From IMG/VR virus record IMGVR_UViG_3300006803_000022: a DNA stretch of 64,000 bases. One strand, written 5' to 3'. Origin of the DNA: an uncultured virus (IMG/VR IMGVR_UViG_3300006803_000022) (Duplodnaviria; Heunggongvirae; Uroviricota; Caudoviricetes). The notes under the pieces were generated by a model. The model was not told the DNA's origin. It did no database searches and saw only the letters and a list, made by a program, of their open reading frames with translations. Positions 56,113 through 64,000 of the stretch are shown here, piece by piece (position 1 is the first letter of the stretch; each line of letters starts with the position of its first letter). Position numbers and translations under genes: made by a program.

Positions 56113-56348
56113 TACCATGCCTTTACTTTTGAGACATCGACAGACATACTAACTATCGGCCTATGACCACAGTCTGAGTCTAGAGAGAACACTAGCCAGT
56201 CCTCTACATTTTCACCTTCTTTGTAGGATTCTTCAAGGTATGCTTGCATCTTTTCATAATCTGTCCAGACGTATGCATCCGTAGTTTTGAATTGTTCGAG
56301 TTCAGTCATGTTAGGTATGGTAATGTACATTGGTTTCCTTTCTACCAA
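56112..56348 (-). CDS. hypothetical protein
   Basis: ORF; true start probably ATG 56330. Confidence 0.55.
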   Translation of the reverse strand: MVERKPMYITIPNMTELEQFKTTDAYVWTDYEKMQAYLEESYKEGENVEDWLVFSLDSDCGHRPIVSMSVDVSKVKAW

Positions 56349-56380
56349 AATAAAGTGGAAGGAGCCGTTAAGCTCCCTCC
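56347..56380 (-). terminator. intrinsic terminator after rIIB
   Basis: GGAGGGAGC-ttaacg-GCTCCTTCC-acTTTATTTT on the minus strand. Confidence 0.7.
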
Positions 56381-56386
56381 GTTATT

Positions 56387-57613
56387 TTAAAGTTTACCGT
56401 ATTCGTCTTGGATATGCTCCACGACATCTGTCAGCTGGTCCGAATCAGGCTCATACTTGGAGATGAAGTCAGTGAGTGACAGTTCACCAGTGCCAATCAT
56501 CTTAGCAACACCAGCTGAGGTCCAGTGGAACGGAGTAGGCCGTTCTTCTCTTACCTCTGGTGTCGCGTGGGTGTTGATACCCTCGCAGTAGTATCCGTCC
56601 ATGTATCCTTCTTTGAATACATCGTAGAATACAGATCCTACTTCGGTATTGAGGAATGCTTCTCCAACTTCTGCATAGAGTCCTGTGCAGCTATCAGACA
56701 TACCAGCGCTGTAGCCCAAGTCGTAGGCGTCATCGCTTAGCTCTTCATCCTCATCGAGTGATTCACAATCGGACAGCCAGTCCTCATCGAACCAGTCCCA
56801 ATCAATGTCATCATCCCATTCGTGATCGAGATACTCATTGTCGTCAGTGACGTACAGGGTGTCAGGGAACGCGTGTTCACATTCTTCCTGTGGGATTTCA
56901 CCGACGATCATGTATCCTTCTGCACGACCTTTAGCGTTGTTGTAGTCCGATGGAATGGATACAACATGAGCAGGATTGATCTCTACGATTACGACCTTAC
57001 CTTGTGAACCCATATAGCTTGGCAGGTAGTCCCAAGAACAGAAGTGTAGTCCTTGTGAACAGGTACGGCTTCGGTCGTCATCTACCTTGTTACGAGGCAT
57101 ACTGACGTAGGTACCAATGTCGTTACGGAATGGTACACCACCGGGAGCAGGGTGATACGAGCAGTAGTCATCCTGTACCTTCTTATAGGCAAGGAAGTTA
57201 CCACGTTCTGTGATGGGCATACGTCCACGCTCTAGCCACAGGAACAGTTCATCCACGGCATGCTTGGCCGGGTTGTTCTGCAGGTTCTCGACAAACATTG
57301 CCCAAGGGCGAATGTCTAGACCTTGCTCTAGCATTTGTAGCATACGGTCTGCCAGTAGTCCGTGTACTGCTTCACCCTTGTAGGTTACTCCCTCATCCCC
57401 TACAGATACGTTACCGTACTGCCTGAGTTGTTTACTGATACGACGATTGGTATCGAGAAGCTCACGAATTTCCTTGGCAGTTAGTGTGCCTAGTCCGTCC
57501 ACGATTTCAGTAAACGCCGGGTGAGTATCATCAACTTGGGTTGGAACCCCGCCAATTACTACTGTTAGTGTAGCTTTCCCGGCAACTTCATTTAGAATAA
57601 ATTGATATTGCAT
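56387..57613 (-). CDS. rIIB: rIIB-like protein
   Basis: ITERGNFLAYKKV, MPRNKVDDD...CSQGLH, INPAHVVSIPSDY. Confidence 0.9.
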   Translation of the reverse strand: MQYQFILNEVAGKATLTVVIGGVPTQVDDTHPAFTEIVDGLGTLTAKEIRELLDTNRRISKQLRQYGNVSVGDEGVTYKGEAVHGLLADRMLQMLEQGLDIRPWAMFVENLQNNPAKHAVDELFLWLERGRMPITERGNFLAYKKVQDDYCSYHPAPGGVPFRNDIGTYVSMPRNKVDDDRSRTCSQGLHFCSWDYLPSYMGSQGKVVIVEINPAHVVSIPSDYNNAKGRAEGYMIVGEIPQEECEHAFPDTLYVTDDNEYLDHEWDDDIDWDWFDEDWLSDCESLDEDEELSDDAYDLGYSAGMSDSCTGLYAEVGEAFLNTEVGSVFYDVFKEGYMDGYYCEGINTHATPEVREERPTPFHWTSAGVAKMIGTGELSLTDFISKYEPDSDQLTDVVEHIQDEYGKL

Positions 57614-57623
57614 GTTGTTTCCT

Positions 57624-59978
57624 TTATGTATGTTTGTCAGCGATGTGCTGCTTTATGGCTGTGATAAGTAACTGAGAGTTGTGATAAGTGTTATACTCTT
57701 TGGTCAAGTAATGGAGTATAGGGTCTTTCTCTAAGTAATCTATTACAGGTGTTTTACTAGCAGAAGTCTTAGCCAGCTTTTGTAGCCTTTCTACATCATT
57801 CTTCATCCATTTAGAGAGATCCATAGGAATGTTAGTTCTAGAACTATAGTCATCTCTATTAGGTGAATCTTTAACAATGAGCGTCAGGCCTTTAGGTACG
57901 ACAGTCTCCTTTTTCCATAACCCTTGAAGCTTACAATGAAGTGTATATTCTTCGTTAGCTGACTTATTGTCGTCTCCTGTTACTACAAGTTGTTCCCAGC
58001 CTTTGGTCTTCGTTTTCCACTCTTTGATCATGAAGTCCTTAGCTGATTCTGTCCACTGGGGGTTGTCCTTTGCAAAGCTCAGAGTGGTTTGGTTGATTAC
58101 GAAGATCGCCGTTTGACGACCTACCCACTCACATATTGTTCTGCATACTTGCTTGTAGCTCATTGGTTCTTCTTCTGCCAGCATCTCTTTCTCAGTCCAG
58201 TAGAAGTTATTACTCAATGAGTATACTACTGGCATGACTTGAGGTGCTACACTGAAGTCGATTACTCGGTACTTGTTAGATTCAGATGTGTAGGCATAGT
58301 TGTCCCCATAGATTACTCTCATTTTCTTTACAAGAGTATTAGGCTTTACTGACTTACCGTTAATGGATATTGCTTTAGCTAGCTCTTGCTTCTTAGCAGT
58401 ATGTGCCCACGTTACATTATTAGGCTTGTCGTGATAGATACCTTTAAGGAACTTCTTGGCATCTTCTAGAGTCTTTACTTTTACCCAGATGAAGTTTTCT
58501 TCTCCGGCCATAGTGTTCTTCCAGAAGTACCTGATCTGCTTGGTAACATTTTTGATACCAGCAGTTTCAAGCTCGTCTGCTACTTCTACGAATACTTTCT
58601 TCTCACCTACTTCATCACAAGGTAACACGAAGTCAAACTTAGCATTCTTGTTGTCTCTGTGTCTGAAGTTGAAGGATGTTTTCATAGTTCCGAACTTGTC
58701 TTGATAATAGCTATCAGACTCTAGTCTAACTTGACCATCTACAGTTTCTGAAGACATTACACCTTGCGTCTTGTTGTAGTAGTTACCACGTTTAGTACAT
58801 TCACCGATGACCTCATCTGGAGTTTCTCGGATAATCATACGTCTTGATATGACTTCACCTTTCCAATGACGCTCATTGATGTTCAATATACTATCTATCG
58901 AACGAGACCAGTTGTTGACGTTTTTGTCGGTGTTAACCCGAGAGTAAAGCATCCTAGCTTCTTTCAGGGATTTGCAGTTCTCGTAGGCTTTGTTAAGGTC
59001 TTCTTCAACCTTCCCTATCACTTCAACAGCTTTACTTACGATATTGTCACAAGTCATATCGTTGTACTGTAGTTCTTCCCTACTGGTTGTCATTGTAATC
59101 TCACCGATGTTGAACTTAATCAAGCAATCAGTACCAGTCAGTAGTCGTTCTACTTTACCCCTTAAATCTGTTGACCTATCAGAATCTAGTTTTCTGATTC
59201 GTCTAGCCATTGATGGGTCATTAAGGTCAATGGGATAAGCTACACTTCCTTGTATAGCCCATGACTTACCTACTTCGTAACCGAAGCTTTTAGACTTCTC
59301 TGTAGCAAAGATCTTCCAGCCATCACCTTCCATCAATAGATTAGCATTGTCTATTGCTCTGTAGTCCTCAGTCTTTCGAATGACGTTAGGTTGTGGTTCG
59401 AAGCCTCTCAGTTGTCGGGATGCTTCCTTGTTGAAGCCGCCTACATCTTCGAGCTTAACAGCGTATGATACTCGCATACCCCGCTCTTCTTTAGATGGTG
59501 TTGTAGAGACAAGAGAAGTCTTAGGTTTTCCTGCCTCTCCAATATAACATACATAGTTTCTTTCTTCATCATGCAACCAACATGTCACATTAAATGTATT
59601 GGTATATGCAAATGCACTCTTTGATCCTAACCCGAGGCAACCTGTCTCTTCGTTAGTATCTCTCTTGGTAGATTCTCCTAGAACGGTGAACACCTCAAAC
59701 ACTTCTCTGTGTGAGAGAGATGATCCGTAGTCACGCACTTCGAAGATAGGGTTAGCTCGTGTAGGTAGGCCAATGTCGAATGGCTTATCTAGGTTACCAC
59801 GACGCGCATGTCCATCTCTGGCGTTAGTTGAGTACTCTCTGATACCTGCTCCCATCTTGTTGGAGTAGATACCGTTGATCAAGTTGTCGAACATTAGTCC
59901 GTCAAGCTTAGCGGTGAAATCAACAGTGTCCTTCATCCCGCTGGATATTACACTGACTTTCTTTTCTTCGAGTAGCAT
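57624..59978 (-). CDS. rIIA: rIIA-like protein (GHKL ATPase N-terminus)
   Basis: IREYSTNARD, VRDYG, STK, GCLGLGSKSAFAY, SREELQY. Confidence 0.9.
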   Translation of the reverse strand: MLLEEKKVSVISSGMKDTVDFTAKLDGLMFDNLINGIYSNKMGAGIREYSTNARDGHARRGNLDKPFDIGLPTRANPIFEVRDYGSSLSHREVFEVFTVLGESTKRDTNEETGCLGLGSKSAFAYTNTFNVTCWLHDEERNYVCYIGEAGKPKTSLVSTTPSKEERGMRVSYAVKLEDVGGFNKEASRQLRGFEPQPNVIRKTEDYRAIDNANLLMEGDGWKIFATEKSKSFGYEVGKSWAIQGSVAYPIDLNDPSMARRIRKLDSDRSTDLRGKVERLLTGTDCLIKFNIGEITMTTSREELQYNDMTCDNIVSKAVEVIGKVEEDLNKAYENCKSLKEARMLYSRVNTDKNVNNWSRSIDSILNINERHWKGEVISRRMIIRETPDEVIGECTKRGNYYNKTQGVMSSETVDGQVRLESDSYYQDKFGTMKTSFNFRHRDNKNAKFDFVLPCDEVGEKKVFVEVADELETAGIKNVTKQIRYFWKNTMAGEENFIWVKVKTLEDAKKFLKGIYHDKPNNVTWAHTAKKQELAKAISINGKSVKPNTLVKKMRVIYGDNYAYTSESNKYRVIDFSVAPQVMPVVYSLSNNFYWTEKEMLAEEEPMSYKQVCRTICEWVGRQTAIFVINQTTLSFAKDNPQWTESAKDFMIKEWKTKTKGWEQLVVTGDDNKSANEEYTLHCKLQGLWKKETVVPKGLTLIVKDSPNRDDYSSRTNIPMDLSKWMKNDVERLQKLAKTSASKTPVIDYLEKDPILHYLTKEYNTYHNSQLLITAIKQHIADKHT

Positions 59979-60004
59979 GATTACCCTTTCTAGGTTAAGT
60001 TAAA

Positions 60005-60394
60005 TTAAGCGTGTTGAAGATTAGGTGATACGAGTGCTTTCACACTGGACACCGTACGGTTCAACAGACCTTTGGTCTTGTTCTTAGCAGCACGTAGGCG
60101 GTAACGATGCATAGCATCTGTGTCACGCTGTACGTACACGTCGAAGAACTCACAGTTATCATCGTTCACAGAGTATGTGTTCTGAGGTCCACTAGCGATA
60201 GGGCTACGACCACGTCCACGAATGCGGAGATAGTGTGGTTCAAGTCCAGCAGCTTCGCGGTGCTTCTGATCGATGTTGTGACGCTTAACTGAGTCATTGA
60301 GCTTGATATACTCTGGGTCAGTCTTTGAGTCCACTGAGAAACGATAGTTGAGGACACGTTGGTCCTTGCGTGTTGTTACACGATATACACTCAT
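60005..60394 (-). CDS. hypothetical basic protein
   Basis: 129-aa ORF; AAGGA RBS. Confidence 0.65.
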   Translation of the reverse strand: MSVYRVTTRKDQRVLNYRFSVDSKTDPEYIKLNDSVKRHNIDQKHREAAGLEPHYLRIRGRGRSPIASGPQNTYSVNDDNCEFFDVYVQRDTDAMHRYRLRAAKNKTKGLLNRTVSSVKALVSPNLQHA

Positions 60395-60410
60395 TGGTAT
60401 TCCTTTTCTA

Positions 60411-60450
60411 TAAAAGTTGAAGGCGGTACACAGTTATCTATGCACCGCCT
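60411..60450 (-). terminator. hairpin/terminator after SSB
   Basis: AGGCGGTGCATAG-ataa-CTGTGTACCGCCT then tcaacTTTT on the minus strand. Confidence 0.6.
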
Positions 60451-60457
60451 ATGGGTT

Positions 60458-60985
60458 TTAGAACAATTCTTCTTGTACTGCTTCACCGCCTGACGATTCT
60501 ACAGTTCCAAGGTTCGCGAAATCAACGGTTTCCATTGATCCTTCGTACCACTTGATAGTGGCTCGTGGGATCTGCAACGCTGTTAGCGATGTGGATACGC
60601 CAGATCCGTGAGTGTTGTTGTAATGTCCCTGCCACACAATAACATTGCCACGAGATTCGTTACCGATCTTGTTGCGCTCTTCTTGTGTATAGGCTTTGAG
60701 ATTCTCATCAACTACACGTACTGGCTCTTGCTCTTCTCCGTCCTTCTTGTGAACTTTGCGGTTAAGTGATACCACCCATTCAGTAGGAAGTTTCGTAGAG
60801 GTTCCGTTGTGGCGAACCGAGAGATGTTCCCGCTCCCATTCTTCTGCCTTTGTAGGGTCGGTCGTCTTCATGGATACTTCCCACTGAAGTCGGTCCTTGT
60901 ACATTACAGGCTTGTTCTTGAAGTAGTTAAGCTCCACGTCTTTGAATAGGTATTGACGAGCGCCTTCGAATTGAGTCTTTTCCAT
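60458..60985 (-). CDS. single-stranded DNA-binding protein (gp2.5-like)
   Basis: PVRVVD...IGNESRGNV...LTALQI; acidic tail ending in Phe. Confidence 0.7.
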   Translation of the reverse strand: MEKTQFEGARQYLFKDVELNYFKNKPVMYKDRLQWEVSMKTTDPTKAEEWEREHLSVRHNGTSTKLPTEWVVSLNRKVHKKDGEEQEPVRVVDENLKAYTQEERNKIGNESRGNVIVWQGHYNNTHGSGVSTSLTALQIPRATIKWYEGSMETVDFANLGTVESSGGEAVQEELF

Positions 60986-61045
60986 TTGGTATTGCCTTCT
61001 TGATACGAGTGTTTGCTTATGCTGGCTACTCGAAGCCTGTTAAGT

Positions 61046-61282
61046 TTAGATTACCCATCCCATGATCATCCCGAGTGGGACAACGAAGATGCCAATAACC
61101 GATAGTCCATCAGCAATTGTAATCGGATCAGTGATCTGAAATACGTTGATGATATTCATGACCCAGCCTGAGGCGGCTAGTAAGAATAGAGTTATAAACG
61201 ATAGTGATAGGATAAGCCCAAAGGTTTTTCCCAGTGATTCACCTAGGGATTTTGCCCATCTTTGGTTCTTTGATAATGTCAT
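61046..61282 (-). CDS. membrane protein
   Basis: Two hydrophobic helices; GWVMNI and IGIFVVPLG. Confidence 0.65.
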   Translation of the reverse strand: MTLSKNQRWAKSLGESLGKTFGLILSLSFITLFLLAASGWVMNIINVFQITDPITIADGLSVIGIFVVPLGMIMGWVI

Positions 61283-61425
61283 TACATATCCTTTAGTTTT
61301 ATTTGATTTACGATTACTTCGATGTTATACCGTAGGATTCCTAGATCGTCTAGATCCTTGTCGGTTAGAGACATGAGTTCTCTTCGTGTTCGTTTCCGTG
61401 CTTTCCACAGTTTGTATAGTTTCAT
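61282..61425 (-). CDS. DUF1127 (YjiS-like) small protein (absent from ORF track)
   Basis: MKLYKLWKARKRTRRELMSLTDKDLDDLGILRYNIEVIVNQIKLKDM; coupled at both ends. Confidence 0.8.
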   Translation of the reverse strand: MKLYKLWKARKRTRRELMSLTDKDLDDLGILRYNIEVIVNQIKLKDM

Positions 61426-61553
61426 GTTACCTTGTCTAGTCCGAGCATTATACTTTCGTACATTTCCCAGTCTTCCGCTATTGCTGCTTGATCTAGTAGT
61501 TCGTATAAGCTTTCGATATACTCTTCATCATCTAACAACTGCTCATCATTCAT
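61422..61553 (-). CDS. 43-aa acidic protein (absent from ORF track)
   Basis: MNDEQLLDDEEYIESLYELLDQAAIAEDWEMYESIMLGLDKVT; ATGA overlaps on both sides. Confidence 0.65.
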   Translation of the reverse strand: MNDEQLLDDEEYIESLYELLDQAAIAEDWEMYESIMLGLDKVT

Positions 61554-61744
61554 AGTGGGTTCCAATCTGGGTCTAGCCTGTTGTAAATTGTTTCTCTCGT
61601 TACTCTTACTACGGCTATATTTCTTACTTTCTTGTTACTGATACGTTCCATGGCCTCTTGTTCTGTCGGGATTCGATCAAAGAGGAGTGTCTGTTGTCCT
61701 GTCATGTCGATCAGGTACACTTGGTAGTATCGTTCATTCAGCAT
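61550..61744 (-). CDS. hypothetical protein
   Basis: Start at ATG 61744 after AGGGGA. Confidence 0.55.
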   Translation of the reverse strand: MLNERYYQVYLIDMTGQQTLLFDRIPTEQEAMERISNKKVRNIAVVRVTRETIYNRLDPDWNPL

Positions 61745-61946
61745 TGTCGGCTTCCCCTGTTCGGATTTCACGTTTGTGTATCTTGTCTAAGAGTTTCTGT
61801 CGGAAGTCATGGCAATCACAGCAGCCACATTGCATGCGCTTACTCTTCTTACCTTTCATCTTGACTCCCCCTGCGGATGGGTGAATTGGTCCTTTCGTGG
61901 AGCGGTGCTTTTGATTACGACCACTTCCGTATACTTGGGATTTCAT
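61734..61946 (-). CDS. small basic Cys-rich protein
   Basis: Start at ATG 61946 after AAGGA; CGCCDC. Confidence 0.55.
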   Translation of the reverse strand: MKSQVYGSGRNQKHRSTKGPIHPSAGGVKMKGKKSKRMQCGCCDCHDFRQKLLDKIHKREIRTGEADNAE

Positions 61947-61961
61947 ATCACTTCCTTTTGT

Positions 61962-62037
61962 TGGCAGCATCGCTCGGATTCGAACCGAGGACCTAGGGCT
62001 TAGAAGGCACTTGCTCTATCCGCTGAGCTACGACGCT
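61962..62037 (-). tRNA. tRNA-Arg(UCU)
   Basis: 76-nt cloverleaf, anticodon loop CU-UCU-AA, GGUUCGAAUCC, encoded CCA; one U-C mismatch in the anticodon stem. Confidence 0.92.
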
Positions 62038-62045
62038 ATAGGTTA

Positions 62046-62150
62046 TGACGCGACTAGGATTTGAACCTAGACTCCGGACGGGTAAAAGAACTCAGTATAC
62101 AATTGCTGCAGGTTTACCGTTCCCGGGTGCTACCGTTACACTACCGCGTC
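62046..62150 (-). ncRNA. tRNA-like RNA with an extended (~53-nt) anticodon arm
   Basis: Acceptor GACGCGG/UCGCGUC, D arm GUGU-AACGGUA-GCAC, T arm CUAGG-UUCAAAU-CCUAG; no encoded CCA. Confidence 0.75.
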
Positions 62151-62157
62151 ATATTTC

Positions 62158-62379
62158 TTACTCGTAATATTCTAACTCAAGCCTACGAAATGCATCGTCA
62201 ATTGATTTAGCAGGAATCTCAACGAATCCTTGTGGTGACCTGCGTCCTAAGAGTGGGATTACCATGTCGGCGTATAGTTGAAACACTTGAAAGCCTCCTG
62301 ATCTTGTCTTACGCACTACATTAAGTGCTGGCTTCGGTGCTTTGTACTCGAACTTCTTCTTTTTCATAGTCTTGTCCAT
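62158..62379 (-). CDS. hypothetical protein
   Basis: 73-aa ORF. Confidence 0.55.
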   Translation of the reverse strand: MDKTMKKKKFEYKAPKPALNVVRKTRSGGFQVFQLYADMVIPLLGRRSPQGFVEIPAKSIDDAFRRLELEYYE

Positions 62380-62450
62380 ATATGGGAGAAATTAAGCGCA
62401 GCCCCCTCTACAGGGGACCACACACGCAATAACCCCAAGCGCGATAGCGC

Positions 62451-62777
62451 TCAGGTAGGGTCAGACGGTACGATTTGAACTGGGACGATTGTCAAGTTCT
62501 GTCCTTCAATGGCATGGCATTCAGAGTTATCATCCATAATGAAGTGTACCATGAAGTCTCCATTGTCTCGTGTGAAGATCTTAAGCAATGGTCGTTCATC
62601 ATCACCAACAAGATATACATTGTTGTAGCCAGCTCGTGCTGAATCCTGTGTCATAACAATTGAACTTTGACATGGCCCAATAGTTACTTGTTGTGCTCCG
62701 TACTCAGGCTCAGCCACTTGAGCTACTGCTGGTGTACATAGTGAGAGTGCTAGGAGTGTTGTGTATAGTAGTTTCAT
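62451..62777 (-). CDS. exported protein with signal peptide
   Basis: MKLLYTTLLALSLCTPAVA-Q. Confidence 0.65.
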   Translation of the reverse strand: MKLLYTTLLALSLCTPAVAQVAEPEYGAQQVTIGPCQSSIVMTQDSARAGYNNVYLVGDDERPLLKIFTRDNGDFMVHFIMDDNSECHAIEGQNLTIVPVQIVPSDPT

Positions 62778-63172
62778 CGTCTTATCCTTTTATCTATTTC
62801 TGTTAAGTAAGCTATCTGCCTAAGCAAATATGTGTTGAGGCCGGGTGCTTTCTCCGGTAGTTGAGATAGTCCTGAACCTAGTCCGTTCAGCGGGATGATT
62901 ACAGTACCACCCTTGGCGATCTTACCGAATACTGCAGAGAAGTCATTAAATATGATCTTAGATTGTTCCAAGAACTTCTCGTCATTGAAGAATGCATTCG
63001 GGTGGTTGGATGGAGACACTTTAGTTGCGATACCATGAGCGTTAGGTTCACCTCGCATCTCCTTCGCTTGACCACCCCTGCCGATACGATCTACGTTGTC
63101 ACCAAATAAGTACATGATGTCGGGGTTAGCCTGTAGATCATCTCTATAGATCCATCTTTGATAGATAATCAA
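62774..63172 (-). CDS. conserved phage protein (FGDN..GxGGQA family, possibly macro-like fold)
   Basis: YLFGDNVDRIGRGGQAKEMRGEPNAHGIATK. Confidence 0.6.
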   Translation of the reverse strand: MIIYQRWIYRDDLQANPDIMYLFGDNVDRIGRGGQAKEMRGEPNAHGIATKVSPSNHPNAFFNDEKFLEQSKIIFNDFSAVFGKIAKGGTVIIPLNGLGSGLSQLPEKAPGLNTYLLRQIAYLTEIDKRIRR

Positions 63173-63389
63173 TATTCCATTCCTTTATGATTTCTTTCAG
63201 TTTGTAAATCTCGGCCTCGGCTTTTTGCTGTGCTTCGTAAGCCTCTTGTGCTTGTCCAAGGTCAGCTAGAGATTGCATCTTGGCTTCTTTTAAGTCAGCT
63301 TCAAGCTCAGCGATGTATGCGAGAACTCTTGTTGAGGTGTAGAGTAAGTCAACCTCATCCTTGGTCATGACTTTATTAGCTTTTCCCAT
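63144..63389 (-). CDS. coiled-coil hypothetical protein
   Basis: ORF overlapping its neighbours; start may be 63368. Confidence 0.55.
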   Translation of the reverse strand: MGKANKVMTKDEVDLLYTSTRVLAYIAELEADLKEAKMQSLADLGQAQEAYEAQQKAEAEIYKLKEIIKEWNIDYLSKMDL

Positions 63390-63553
63390 GACTTCTCATC
63401 GAAGTGAGGGCATTCAGGGAATGAAGTATAAGAGATGGGCAGTCCGAATTCGGATGCTGCCTGTTGAATATCATTGCTGCTGAACCTGTCACAATCAGTC
63501 ATCTTACACTCTAGGTGACAGCAGTAGCTTCGATCTCTGTAACATAGTGCCAT
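63365..63553 (-). CDS. small Cys-rich protein
   Basis: MALCYRDRSYCCHLECKMTDCDR; AAGGA RBS. Confidence 0.6.
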   Translation of the reverse strand: MALCYRDRSYCCHLECKMTDCDRFSSNDIQQAASEFGLPISYTSFPECPHFDEKSWEKLIKS

Positions 63554-63626
63554 TGTGTTATCCTTTTCTACTTTGTCGGACCGTAACAGATCCATGCGAA
63601 GATTATGAGTAGACAGATCCAGAGCA

Positions 63627-63866
63627 TCATGCTGTGGTGTTCCAATCCTTCTTGATGGACAGTTCAAAGTTCATCTGTTCTGGCTTAGCTGAACATGAGA
63701 CTTTGTAGATCTCCATGCTGATATCAGCAGAAGTGACGCCATTCTCGTCAGAACCGTTGTCTTCTGCTACGACTGACATGTGCATCTTCAGCGTTTCTAG
63801 TTCATTGAAGATCTCTACTGCGTGAGTCTCCCAGTCGATTGCTAGGTACCTTGTCTTATTAGCCAT
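63627..63866 (-). CDS. hypothetical protein
   Basis: 79-aa ORF; AAGGA RBS. Confidence 0.55.
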   Translation of the reverse strand: MANKTRYLAIDWETHAVEIFNELETLKMHMSVVAEDNGSDENGVTSADISMEIYKVSCSAKPEQMNFELSIKKDWNTTA

Positions 63867-64000
63867 CTTTCTTTGTCCTTTATAAGTGCGTTCATGTCGA
63901 GTTCCTTAGATGAAGGGTGAGAGGAGAGCCAGCAGAACCAGCACTCCCCACATTATCCATACGATTACGTTCATTATGGCGAACGATTGCCGTGTGTACC

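Noticed and set aside
1..64000. Prophage or lysogeny module; complete circular genome
   Set aside because: No integrase, repressor or host genes recognised; I saw no overlap between the window ends, so part of the early region is probably missing

Overview
This window is most of a lytic podovirus genome, probably infecting an alphaproteobacterium. That host is inferred from DUF1127, a class II RNR, a SleB-type hydrolase and a GTA-like holin. The genome has two converging arms. The + arm (about 2.1-40.6 kb) carries TerL, a GH19 endolysin, a phiEco32/SU10-type portal, scaffold, capsid and adaptor, a long tail/fibre block, holins, a nozzle and ejection proteins. The - arm (40.7-64 kb, apparently continuing at 14-768) carries early genes, tRNAs, SSB, rIIA/rIIB, nucleotide metabolism, PolA, exonuclease, primase-helicase and a T7-like RNA polymerase. 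The main discovery is an apparent two-polymerase transcription system. A stand-alone 1203-aa N4-vRNAP-like enzyme ends the ejection-protein cluster, next to an ejection protein with an intact SNase nuclease domain. A separate monomeric 793-aa T7-like RNAP is probably served by the promoter TAGCTATGTCCCCTTATAGGG (4 copies). One copy drives a lone + strand TerS-like gene embedded in the - arm. Other notable features are a heavily base-paired non-coding region (about 0.8-1.44 kb), a tRNA-like RNA with a greatly extended anticodon arm, and a DUF1127 micro-protein missed by the ORF track. All calls rest on motif recognition by eye; no searches were run.
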